This document shows, piece by piece, positions 25,174-36,500 of a DNA stretch of 64,000 bases. The stretch is from Amphiscolops sp. MND2022. Taxonomy: Eukaryota. The notes under the pieces are model-generated. The model did not search any database, was not told the DNA's origin, and was given only the letters and a program-made list of their open reading frames with translations. Numbering within the stretch: position 1 is the stretch's first letter; each line of letters starts with the position of its first letter. Both the position numbers and the translations under genes were made by a program. The stretch spans positions 70,186,001 through 70,250,000 of the forward strand of contig OZ076409.1 of the NCBI GenBank assembly GCA_964187785.1, written 5' to 3'.

Positions 25174-26263
25174 AGAATAGAATAGAATAGATGTTTCACA
25201 ATCTAAGGCCGAAGCCTTTGGCGATTGGCTCATTGCTGTTTGGATTCCCCTTCCATCGTCATTTCGTATTTCAAATTTCTCCAGGTGTTGTCCAATTTCG
25301 CTTTAAAAACGTCAAGGGTTCCTGCCGAGGTGACATCATCTGGCAGGCTATTCCAGTCATTGGCTGCTCTTACAGTGGAAAAATTTCCTCTTGTTGGTGT
25401 TCTCGATGGCTGCACCACAAGTTTTCTTTGATTTCCTCTTGTGATTCTGTCATTTTCCATCAGCATCCCTCCAGTGACTCTCTTATCATACACTCCATTG
25501 AGTTTCTTGTAAACTTCAACCATCCTACCCCGTTTCCTCCTGAAGTCCAGGGTGGGTAGGTCTAGTTTCATTAACCTTTGTTCATAAGGGAGAGATGCGA
25601 GAGAAGGGATGAGTCTTGTCGCTCGTCTTTGGGCATTTTCGAGGTTACTTCTGTGTTTTTGGAAATGTGGTTGCCATGCTTGGTTACAATATTCCAAGTG
25701 GGGTCTGACAAGCGTCTTAATTAGTACACTCACTGAAAGGCAGTTCAATTTCTTGAAACATTTTTTGATAATAGCAAGCATTGAATTCGCCTTCTTTATT
25801 TTTTCAGCAATATGCAAGTCAAAATTTAGTTTGTGATCAGTTAGTACACCCAAGTCTTTTTCACATCCAACATTTTCCAACATCTTTGTTGTGTTCATAA
25901 AGTAATGTCTCTCAGTGGAGTCTTTCTTTGTTGTGAGGGTCATTTTCACGCATTTTTTCTCATTGAATTGAAGTAAACTGCTACTCGACCAGCTTCCCAG
26001 CTTTCGGAGGTCATCTTGGAGTATTTTCTGATCTGCGTCTGAGTGTATTACCCTGTAGAGCTTCGCGTCATCGGCAAACAGGTAAAGTTCTGACTCCACA
26101 GCTTCCGGCATAGAATTTATGTAGATCGTGAACAACACTGGACCTAATACTGATCTTTGAGGTATCCCGCTTGTAACATTCTGCCAGGATGAGAATGTGC
26201 CATTGACTACTACACTCTGTTGTCTCCCGGAGAGGAACGCTTGTCTCCCGGAGAGGAACGCTT
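25174..26263 (-). mobile_element. 5'-truncated CR1 LINE inserted antisense in the older LINE
   Basis: 302-aa ORF with LFADDAKLY, EKDLGV, LVRPHLEYC..W.P; 3' UTR stem-loop AAGGC-TTCG-GCCTT and (CTATT)3 tail; 21-bp tandem duplication at the 5' junction. Confidence 0.92.
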
Positions 26264-26352
26264 AAAACATCGAACCAACATCGACATTCAAATTGAAACT
26301 TGACGTTTTAGCCTCTAATCTTCTTTCGTGCTATAATACATTATCAAAATGT

Positions 26353-27892
26353 GGGTGGCTGTAAATAGGTCGACTTTTTCTGGTCAAAAGGACTGAGGTC
26401 GAACCTTTTGATCGAAATGCAGGGATCGAATGGAATGCGGTCGAGTTGTATCGTATTTGTTGTATGGCTCGATCGCTTCGCTCCCTTCGCCAAGTAGCAA
26501 CATTGAGGCATGGCCATATGGCACGTCGCTCCGCTTCGCTTCGCTCCTGCATTCAAGGCACTAGGGGTATGTGAACAATTCTGACCACGTTATAAAAACT
26601 TCGATCCGAGTTTCGATCCCATTCAAAAAATTTGGTATGTCGACCTGAGGACTAACTCTGATTTTCGATGGTGGGGTATTTTGGATCGAATTTTTGTGTG
26701 AGCGAAAAGCGAGATCGAAAATGGATCGAAGGTTTTGAGATCGAATTTTTCCGGTTTTGCTAGGTTTTTGCTCCTGTAAAGTGTTTAAAAGCGTTCAAAA
26801 TTATTTAGGTAGTTTTCCCCACCTAATATGGGATCATATACGGTGTATGCACGCTCGCCCTCACCGTCGCAAAGGCGACGTATAACCAGGTCGAAAAAGT
26901 TTGGTCGAAAAAACTGAGGTCGAAACTGGTCGAAAAATAATTGGGTCGAAATTGAATATGTAGCATTTTTTGATCGAACGATTAAGGTCGAACTGCTTTT
27001 CAAGATAGAATTTAGTCGAAAAAATTAACCAACAATCTTATTTAATCTAATTTCAGGTTTGGTTATGGGTGACCGCGGTCGTGAACACATCAAATGGCAG
27101 AGACTTTTAGTTTATATAATGTGGGGCATATGCGATGTATGCACGCTCGCCCTCACCGTCGCAAAGACCAGCTCCCACTACGATCGCTTCGCGATCTCCG
27201 TTCCCGCTAGGTCTTTGCTCCTGTTCGACCTCGCTTAGCAAGATGGGAATATAAGCGGCCCCAAGGGGCCGCGGGGCACTAGAGGAAATGGGGACATATC
27301 CGAGGCACGTTTTGTACTAAAAAAAAACCGCGTTAAAGTTCGTCCATTCTGCAAAAAATCGCATTTCTGAACGTTTTGACATTTTTTGAGCAATTCTGAC
27401 CACTTTCTAGTTGTTCGACGCTTTTCCTATTTTTCTATTCGGTATAGGTCCGTTTTTTGCAAACTTTCGACCATTTTCTTCGATCATTTTACTTCGATCA
27501 ATTTCGTTCGATCACAGTTTCGCCCTTGCAATTCGACCGGATTATTTCGACCCGTTTCGTGTCACCCCGTCGCAAAGACCAGCTCCCACTACGATCGCTT
27601 CGCGATCTCCGTTCCTGCTAGGTCTTTGCTCCTGTTCGACCTCGCTTAGCAAGATGGGAACATAAGCTGCCCCAAGGGGCCGCGGGGCATTAGAGGAAAT
27701 GGGGGGCATATCCGACGGCCAAAAACATTGTTATTTGAAAACGCTAGGTATTTGAAAACATGGATTCGATCTCATTTTCTTTGACCATTTTACTTCGATC
27801 TCAGTGACAGATTGCATATTCGCGCAAATTCATTCGATCCAAACGCCCACCGCCTTTTCGATCCCGTTCCCCTGACCTACTTCCGCCCACCC
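26353..27892. mobile_element. Non-autonomous DNA transposon with perfect 9-bp TSD (Mutator/MULE-like), copy B
   Basis: GGGTGG...CCACCC ends; TCAAAATGT at 26344-52 and 27893-901; TCGA-rich subterminal arrays; internal structured cassette present twice plus a fragment. Confidence 0.9.
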
Positions 27893-28472
27893 TCAAAATG
27901 TGACCAATTTTTAATATGCACATGTAAAACTTGTTGCCTGCTGAATCTTTAATTCGTCTTACCACTGTATATCGTATGGTAATTAAAGTCTTTTAGTAGT
28001 AGTAGTAATTGCAGCTTTAAAAATTTTTTCTACCGGTCGACTGCGATAGTGGCTGGTTTGAGAAGTTCGTTGGTTGTTTCTTTCTGCTACTGGGATAGTC
28101 GCTGGTATGGGATTCCCTACTTTCGTCGCAGACCACGGGTGTGTGTCTTCTCCCCCCAACATAATGATACACATGGCACTTGATTGATGACGAAGATCCA
28201 CAAACCCCGTTAGAACCCAGACGTATGATGAGTAATTTGAGAGTAGCATGCATGAAGTAAAGGGCGGTCAGTGCTTTTGATGCAAGAGAGGCCGATAAAA
28301 CATCTTGTAATACTAAAATTTTGGTCTTGGTCTGCTTTGTTCTGGAGATTCGATTACCCACTGCTTCCGGAAATGTTTGTTGAGGGTGAATTCTGGTTGC
28401 GCATTTCTCATTTTTCCCCGTACTTATAGGTTCTATGATTGCTATTGAGATAGCACATTCGCTTTGAGCAGA

Positions 28473-29747
28473 ATGAAACTCAACTGTTGCGTGAATCTCG
28501 TGGATCTGAATTTGAATGCGAAAACTTTGTCGCGTCCTCTGAAAGGTATCGTTTCAGTAGGTTTCCGAAGTTCGACAAAACCCGAGCAAGGCTCGGTCCC
28601 GTTGATTCTTGTTGCAACTGCTGCTGATAAAAATGGTCACAAGTTTTTAATAGAAGAAAACATTGATCGGATCTTTGAAAAGTTTACTCAACAAGGTAAA
28701 TGTACTATTAGGTTCAAAAAGCCCAATAAAGATGTGATGATCAGTGATGCATTACCAGCAGACTTGAAAACATTTTTGCAAATTGTACGATCTGTGATTA
28801 GCAAGAAAGAAAATGTCACTCAACTTAATGTTTTACTTCCAGTCGAAAAAGAAGACATAAAGCCGAAGCAGTTGAAAATGACTATCCGCAAAAGGGAAGA
28901 ATATCCAGTGACCAAATCGTTCCCAGGTTCACTCGAAGAGCTGTTTATTGAATCTTCATGTTGCCTGAAGCGAATTGAAGCCCGAATACTGTCGATCAGA
29001 AACCTTGTCAAATTGAGCATACCAAACCAGCAAATTACTGATATTCCTCCTGGAATCGGGTTAACGAGGTTGAAATATTTGAATTTAAGTGGAAACAAGA
29101 TTTCTGCCTTTCCTGAGTTGGCTGAATCCTGTTTCACGCAGTCTTTAGTCTCCCTTGATTTGTCATATAACGAGTTGCAGACTGTACCGGAAGCAGCTTT
29201 GAAGATGACCAAATTGATGGAATTACGACTGTCGCACAATCGAATCTTAGAGTTACCTGCAGAATTAGCTAAGTTATCATTTTTAAAGAAGGTTAAAGCA
29301 GCTCATAATTTGTTCAACTTTCTTCCTTCGAGTTTTGTTCGAAGAAAATTTGTGGAGTTAGACTTGTATGGTAATCCTTGGATCTCAGTGGAAGCTTCGA
29401 CTCAAAACTCTGTCCAACTAGAAACTTCTCAAGATGCAATTAACAGTCTGTTTTTAAAGTCTCTCTATGCACTTCGGAAGTGGCTCAATGGAAGAAACCT
29501 CATCAATTTCGAGTTTTTGCAAGATTTCTTGCCACAGCATTTGATTTCACAGCTCAAAAACTGTGAAGAATGCATTTGTGGATCATTTGTTTTGAATGCT
29601 AGAAGGATCATCAGTCACGTTGAGATATCAGAGTTTTGTGAAATTGTCATCAGTGTGAATAATCGTGGAACAACTACGGTTCCCGTTAGTTTTGTTGTAT
29701 GTAGTGAAACTTGTGAACGTAAATTAATGAACCATTCGCGTGTATAA
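28473..29747 (+). CDS. LRR1: Leucine-rich repeat protein 1 (PPIL5), CRL2 substrate receptor; intronless CDS, 424 aa
   Basis: MKLNCCV.. N-terminal PH-like domain (ENIDRIFEKFTQQGKCTIRFKKP), REEYPVTKSFPGSLEEL, LRR array, BC-box-like SLFLKS, C-terminal CICG...CSETC. Confidence 0.93.
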   Translation: MKLNCCVNLVDLNLNAKTLSRPLKGIVSVGFRSSTKPEQGSVPLILVATAADKNGHKFLIEENIDRIFEKFTQQGKCTIRFKKPNKDVMISDALPADLKTFLQIVRSVISKKENVTQLNVLLPVEKEDIKPKQLKMTIRKREEYPVTKSFPGSLEELFIESSCCLKRIEARILSIRNLVKLSIPNQQITDIPPGIGLTRLKYLNLSGNKISAFPELAESCFTQSLVSLDLSYNELQTVPEAALKMTKLMELRLSHNRILELPAELAKLSFLKKVKAAHNLFNFLPSSFVRRKFVELDLYGNPWISVEASTQNSVQLETSQDAINSLFLKSLYALRKWLNGRNLINFEFLQDFLPQHLISQLKNCEECICGSFVLNARRIISHVEISEFCEIVISVNNRGTTTVPVSFVVCSETCERKLMNHSRV

Positions 29748-30505
29748 CGTTTTAGCTGAATCTGAAATTCCCATTTCATATTTTGTTTGTGTATGCTTTT
29801 TATTGTAATAATTTGTTTTGATGTTGTATTAATGTTTTGGGTTTTGAATTAACTTCCATTGAATGTTTAGTCTGAAGCATCGGCTAACGAAATTCAAGCA
29901 GTTTTTCCTTTTTAATTTGTTTAAGATGGAAAGTAGAAATTTTGATTCTCATACTGATTAGTTTCTAGTTTTGGCAGTATCATCGTACATGTATAGACAG
30001 TACCATTCTTTAATTACGTTTGATGGGTTTCAGTAGTTGGGTTGGACATTTACTAATATTTTGAAAATTGATACTTCAAAATATCTACGAGTTTATACAA
30101 GTATCGTTATTAGTATCTAAATTTCACTTATTTGGTTCTCAAAAAGATGTTTCACTCCAGTAAATTGAATTGGAATGCCAAAATTCAGTTTCGAAAAGCA
30201 CTTCACAGCAGCTATTAACCCCAAGATACCTTGAATTCTTCATTTGTGAACAAAGTAAAATATTCTCAGAAAGAATTAATTGAGCAGAGTGTCAAGTGTT
30301 AAGAAGTGTAAAACCTTGATCACAATGGCAATAAAAATTTTGCAAAATAGCAGTAAACTACTAGATACTACTTACCGAAATTTTAGTTACTAGTAGATAC
30401 TAGTATCGATACTAGTATATTTTTATACTAGCATCAGCTACCTGCCAGTACTATTCAGAATCCACTTTGAAAACACGATTTTTCAGATTAGTGTTTTAAA
30501 ATGAA

Positions 30506-33500
30506 ATGGTAGTTATGAGTATTGATCCTAATGACGTGTTACCGGAGACTCTTCAGAATCATTCAAATTCCATAACCTTGAATGGGTTCCCAATGAAAGG
30601 ACCAAATGATGAAAAAAACGTGGATGATACAGCTTTCATGGAGAATGCTTGTGGCCTCGTAGAAATTCCCCCGGTTAAAACTGAGCTGGACGATGGAAGC
30701 ATCGAGTCTCTTCTAGAGGCTCCTGTAGAAACTATTCTCAGTATGATGTTTCTCACTTCATTTTCTTGTTGATGAATGATATAGATAATTTTCCCCTAGA
30801 AAATCATTTCATTCTGTTTTGTTTCTTTTGAAAATTCAACCCGAATGCTCTACAGTTCTCTAGCTACATGTTCTCTAGTAAGTACGCATTTGTTTAATTT
30901 TGTCATTGTTTTCGAAATTCTTTGAAGTTCACTTTCAAAATTGAAAAGTACATTACGCTTCGCCGTCAAACCTCCTTGGACGTTTATATTTGAGCATTTT
31001 TGCACCAGGTAATACAGAATTGAGTTCAGAGTCGAACTCGCCGTTGGAAGTCGGGAACGATGCCGAGGGTTCTCGGGAAAATGAAGAGGAGGAGGAGGAA
31101 GAAGAGCGGATGGGCACCTTCAACACTATGTTAGACAGTTTATCTGTGAACAGAAATGCTCCTTCTACCTCAAACAAGAAGAATTCCGTAACTGATTCTA
31201 CCTCTTTGGAAACTGCGAGGGATAATAGAACGAATACAGTGTACGATGCACACGAAGACTCCAGTCTCCTTAGGAGTGGTGGAGGAATGAGTGTAACTTC
31301 GGAAATGCCACCCGATTTCTACACTCGACGTGCCGAGGATATCTACTACGACCCAGACAGAGTGAGAAAAGTGAAGTTTTTAGACCCGGTAGTCTCAGGG
31401 TCCACACCTGCCAAAGTCTTCCAGCGCAGTTAGTCGTGCCAACTTTTTCAAGTTTTTTAATAATATTTTGAAACATTGATGTAAGTTATTAAATAGGCTA
31501 TGCAACAACCTTAGATCAAACATGACATCATTGAATTCGTAAGAAAATTTATTGACAATCATGGTTTGATGCGTTTATTTTGAGAAACCGATGAATTCGA
31601 CGGTTTTCTTCAGTTGTCTAATTGTAAATTAAAAGTCTAACGCTGTTCGAAACTATCACATTTTATACTTGGTCACATTCTTTGAAGGGAACCGATTAAT
31701 TTTATATCTATTACCTTTTCATCAGTTTGAAATCCAGTAGAAATTGATCCGAAATGTTATCTGCTGTCATCGATTTTTATCCTAACAACCGAAAAGGGTT
31801 ATTTGATGATTAAACAAATGAAATATTTTGCATTAGGTTTGTCCATGAGGGTATCGCGGTAATGCTTTGTTGTCTTGGTTCACTAAAGATCATCGTAGTG
31901 AAAGTGGAACAAATTAAACCGTGACTGATGGTGGGTTTGTTTTGCAGCCGGAAGTGAGACCAAAGAGACTCTTGTACATCTCTATCGCCAATCATGTGAT
32001 GCACTTCGAATCAGGCCGTTATCATCTGTCATATCTTGTATTGAGGTACGTCATCAATGAATGACCGAACATCAAACTGTCCAGTTTCTAGAAATGAACT
32101 GAGACCACAGAAATAGTTTTCTCCTGCAATGTTTAGTTTCAAGCAGGTAGCTCCAAGGACAAGTTTTTGTTTCAAGTTACTGGTTTTTGTCATCGATGGA
32201 CAAGTTTTTTCACTATCAAACTTTAATCAATTCTAGCTTTGATATCGCTAAAAGCGAGACAGTGATTCGCATCAATGTGCTTCTCTTCACTCAAAATAAT
32301 CAAAAGGAGCCTTTTATGCTCTGCTCTGAAAACGTTTTTCTTTAACTGAAAACATGAAGGAAAATTTAGGAATCGTTTTTTGAAAGTCGCACAACCTGAA
32401 TGAGGACACTTTACGCTCTTGAAACGTATTGTCCTACTTCGAAGACGAAGAAGGTTCCCTCGGCGAAAAATTGAAATTCCGAGAAAAAGTCCAGTGCCGA
32501 AAAAAGTTTCGAGGATACGGTAAATACTATAAAAGCTGAAAGTGGGTACCCTTTAGCTTCCCTCTGGTATGCTCTATTTATTTGTTTCAGAAGGCAAAGT
32601 CACTTGACGACAGGATACGTGAGTTATCCCTGAAAGGTCTGTTATTTCTGGGTATATCAACTATGTTAAATCTTTTCTCAAGAGTTGATTTGGTTGCTAA
32701 GATTTATATGAGAAGTAATGTTTCGGTTGCAAAGATTTATATAAGGTAAACTGAAGGTCTAAAATAGCCCAGGGAATCAAGTTTTGGTTTCGAGTTTAAT
32801 TTAGATATCTTGTCCAATTAAGCAATTGTATTCGGCAGTTTCACATTGATGAAGTTAGAAAATGTTTTTTTTTCATCTTTTTAAATTCACATGACGAAAC
32901 TGAAATGAAAGGATTTGGAAACCATCTTTTCCCAGTTCGTTTCTTTATTATCATAACAGCACCATCGTAAACGAAGTTCTGATGCAACTGGTATTTACAG
33001 GGGAGAGGGTAGACAGTCGAGTGACTGAAACTCTAGAAGTCGTGTTCCAACATGCACAGTTCATCGTCATAGATTTGGAGAACTGCTACCTGGAAGACGG
33101 GGTATGTTTCACTCTTGGAAATTCATCTGGGCAAATGTTTCTTCGCTGAAGAATTAACAAAATTGTCGCTCCTGAAATTGACCGGACTCCGCAGATTGCC
33201 GCAATTGTGATTTGCTTGCTATAATCCTGGCATTAACCTCGACAGTACACCGAGAAGTTGAAAAAGTGACAAAAAATAGGATTTTTTTTCAAAGCCTAAT
33301 TTCTCCACGAATAATAGCGACAGCTCAAATCGGTTTGCTGCTCCTGAAAGCTCTTTACCTAAGCTTTCAAATGGATACTAGTTAGGCTGGGAGTTGGCGC
33401 TTCGCCGGGCCTTTCAAATGCCACTCGAACTTTTCGCTGAAGCTTCATTAAAAAACTATATGCGGTTTCAATGGTGGCAAACTGTGTTACTAGAGTGTGA

Positions 33501-36500
33501 CAGTAACTTAGCAAACAGTTGCTGTGGTATTGAGAAAAAGTTAATTTTCTGAAAAGTATTTTTTTGCAAATTTTCACATTTTTCTAGTTACTTTTTTGCC
33601 GGTGGTTCGGAAAACAAACTCTATTGACACAATTTCCTATACGCTTTTTGCGTTTCGTAATTTTTTATTGATTGTGAAAAAAATCGCTGTCCTCATTTGG
33701 GGACAAAAGCACTGCCGAGGTCAATGTAACTAGAAGGAAGTAATTACTTGAACTTGAAGGTTGTTTTTGTTTCAGGTGGCTATCACCTTATTTGAGATGA
33801 TAGAGTACTACGAATCTGCGACCAAAATCAAAATCGGTGCTAACAATAAATTGTCTCAGTATGCCTGGATGTACCTTTGTCAAATGATTAAAAAGGTTAG
33901 AAGTTCATAATAGTGTTCAATTCCTGCGCTATTTGTTTAGAATTGTCTGCTAATTTAACGAAAATCTGAACTATATTCGTTATTCTTAAAGCTTGTTCGG
34001 TTATACGAGTGGCTTGGCTACCTCAGAACTTTCGATGAACTTTTGCAGCATTGGTGAGCGGTTTCATTTTTGCTTCAGTGTCCGTTCATAGACCTTTTGG
34101 ACTGCAGCTTCACGGAACTTCAAGACGGGGCGGCTATTCTGGTGGCACGTGCTATCCGCAACAACTGCAACCTCGTAGCCTTGCACCTCATGAGCTGCCG
34201 AATGTCCGGAAAGTACCTCAACTACTTGGGTTAGTTAGTCACTCTATCCTCGCTGCACACTTGAACTGGTCGCCATTTGGTGCCATCTATTCTCAACTAT
34301 TGTCTTATTAAATTATTTGTAGTGGCTCTCATATGAATGAGTACATTTAGTTAGTTACGGTCCTACATGCGATAGTTCAAGTAATCGATTGCTTGTAGTA
34401 ACGGAATTCATATTGCACATTGACGGATGTCATGAGAATACATTGACGTCACTTCTAATTCAACTGTTCTGAGTTTTATTACTTTGCATATAGTACAAAA
34501 TTGCTCTGAGGTTTGCCTTATCATAAAAATTGATAGTAAAAGCAATACAATTTTGAGCCAAAGTAGTTTCAAAAGTTGCATCAACTGTGCTCCTCTAAGC
34601 CAGTTTCAATTATTGAAAATATAATTAGTAAAAAGTCAACTCATCAAAACTCTATTTTCCATTGCGCAGTTTTCGAAAATTTTTTGTTTCAGTTGTTGGG
34701 TTGCGCAGTAACTACATTCTTCAAGAGCTCTATCTGGGAGACAACAGCCTCACTCAAAGTGACGCCCTTCTTCTGAGTCAGCTGCTCAAACTCAACTTCA
34801 AGCTGCAGTGCCTTGACCTCAGAAACAACAATCTTGGCGTGAGTCATAAATATACTGACACTGTACTATTTAAACCAGGCTTGTGAAAAAATTATTGCAA
34901 TGTTTATTTTAAATTACAACCCGAAAAATAAATACTTGCAATAATGACAAACAAAAAATAAATTATTGCAATTATTGGCAATATTCAGTCGGATATCAAG
35001 TCCTGTATCACTGAAACTGACCAAAGTTTTTTGTTCGCTCGTAGGAACAAAGTCTCTTTTAGCGTTGTGGGCTCCATGTGGACCTATAGTCAGTCATGGT
35101 TCGTCGGGCTAGGCTGAAAAGCCTTTCTACCATATTTGATGTAGGTAGAATATGAAAAACTTGATATTCTACCTCAATTTCAATCCTCGTTCTTTTCATA
35201 GCACGCTCTGCCAGACTGCTTGCTCCCTTCTTTTTAGTTTCTACATCCACTGGCTCAATTGCTTTACCAAGACATTTGACTGAGCGTTTCTCCAATTCTG
35301 TGAGTTTAACGTTTTCTGAACCAAACATTTCGGAATTTTCTGTTTTTTTTTTGCAATTCAACAATCCCAGACTCAAAATCCGGTGAATGAACAATGTCTG
35401 ATTGTTCCGATATGTACTTAAGCATGTCAGGGTTTTCAGCGATGACTTGATCAAATAAGAGACTGGTCTGTGCCAAATTGCATTTTTCTTGCTGCAGTGA
35501 TGTTTTGAGGTGAAGTCTTTCAATTTTGCAAGTAGATTAGAAGATTTTTTCCAAAATTGGCACCAACTCATTGTACCGCTCTACCATCGCAAATGTCGAC
35601 GACCAGCTCAGCTGCCGTGGAAAGATCATTTTCCCTCTATAACAAGATTCTGGCCCCGGAAAGGCGTAGTTTGAAAGAAAAAACTCTAAATGAAGCCTTG
35701 TTTTTGTATTTCAATTCTGGGAAATTGTACTAATTTCTGTGATTTGTCGCTAGGAAATTGAAAATATTTCCAAGCTTGTTGTTTTTTTTCAGCCGCGAAA
35801 AGCCAAAAAAAGCACCGCGAATTTGAGTTTTTTTCCGCGATTTTCTGAAGGCCCTGATCCCTTGTAATGATTCCAGTCAAATAAACTTTTCTTCTTTCTT
35901 TTCTTGAGTCCTATTTGCTTTTGGTGTTGGCAAACAATGCACACAATTAATGACGTTAATTGCCTCAGTCCAACCGTCGCTATAATAGTCCAAGCAAGCC
36001 AAGCAAGTATAACAAGCATATATGCGAGCTGTGCGCCGGCTGGCGGAAGTGTGTTGTTCAATACCGTACTGTTCAATACCCTGCCCAAAAGTAATCCCCT
36101 ATTGCACAAAAATGAATAATGGAAATTTACGGACCTACGTGCCGAAGTATTGGCAATAATTGTGAAAATAAAAAATATATTGGTTTTGTCAGTTGAAAAA
36201 TAAATTATTGCAATATATTTATTGCAATATATTGGTCCCCCAATAATTTATTTTACAAGCCTGCTTTGAACTACAGTACAAGTGCAGTATAACTACTAAT
36301 TCCCTGTAATATGTGTACATAACTGTTCAAACATTTGATAAATTCTCTATAACTTAAATCACTGGATTTTTAGAGCACCAAATGTATAGTTGAGGAAATT
36401 GCTACCGAATTTAAAGTCCATTTGTTTCGCTCAAAAATGGTTAATTTTATAAGAATCCTGAAACAGAACTCGATTTTCAACTCGGACTACTTCAAAAAGC

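Larger units (their letters stand above)
21830..28008 (+). mobile_element. L2/CR1-group LINE (ORF1 21894-22667, APE-RT ORF2 from ~22668) split by two younger insertions, (TAG)n tail
   Basis: ORF1 coiled-coil/RRM-like; LSILYGNMRSL, ASETW, GDFN.PNIDW, LDLVITN, SDH; RT DFAKAFDKVSH, GVPQGSILGP, FADDT; C-terminus rejoined across the inserts; tagtagtagtag at ~27994-28005. Confidence 0.85.

Noticed and set aside
27240..27290. Twister or hammerhead ribozyme in the structured cassette (CGG(T/C)CCCAAG; CTAAGCGA..GAAC on the minus strand)
   Set aside because: The twister UAAC..GC/AAGC pseudoknot elements and the hammerhead CUGANGA/GAAA core are absent; a simple hairpin explains the sequence
28330..28411. 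RPL13-like N-terminus (NKHFRKQW) on the minus strand, head-to-head with LRR1
   Set aside because: Similarity stops after a few residues and no further RPL13 sequence follows
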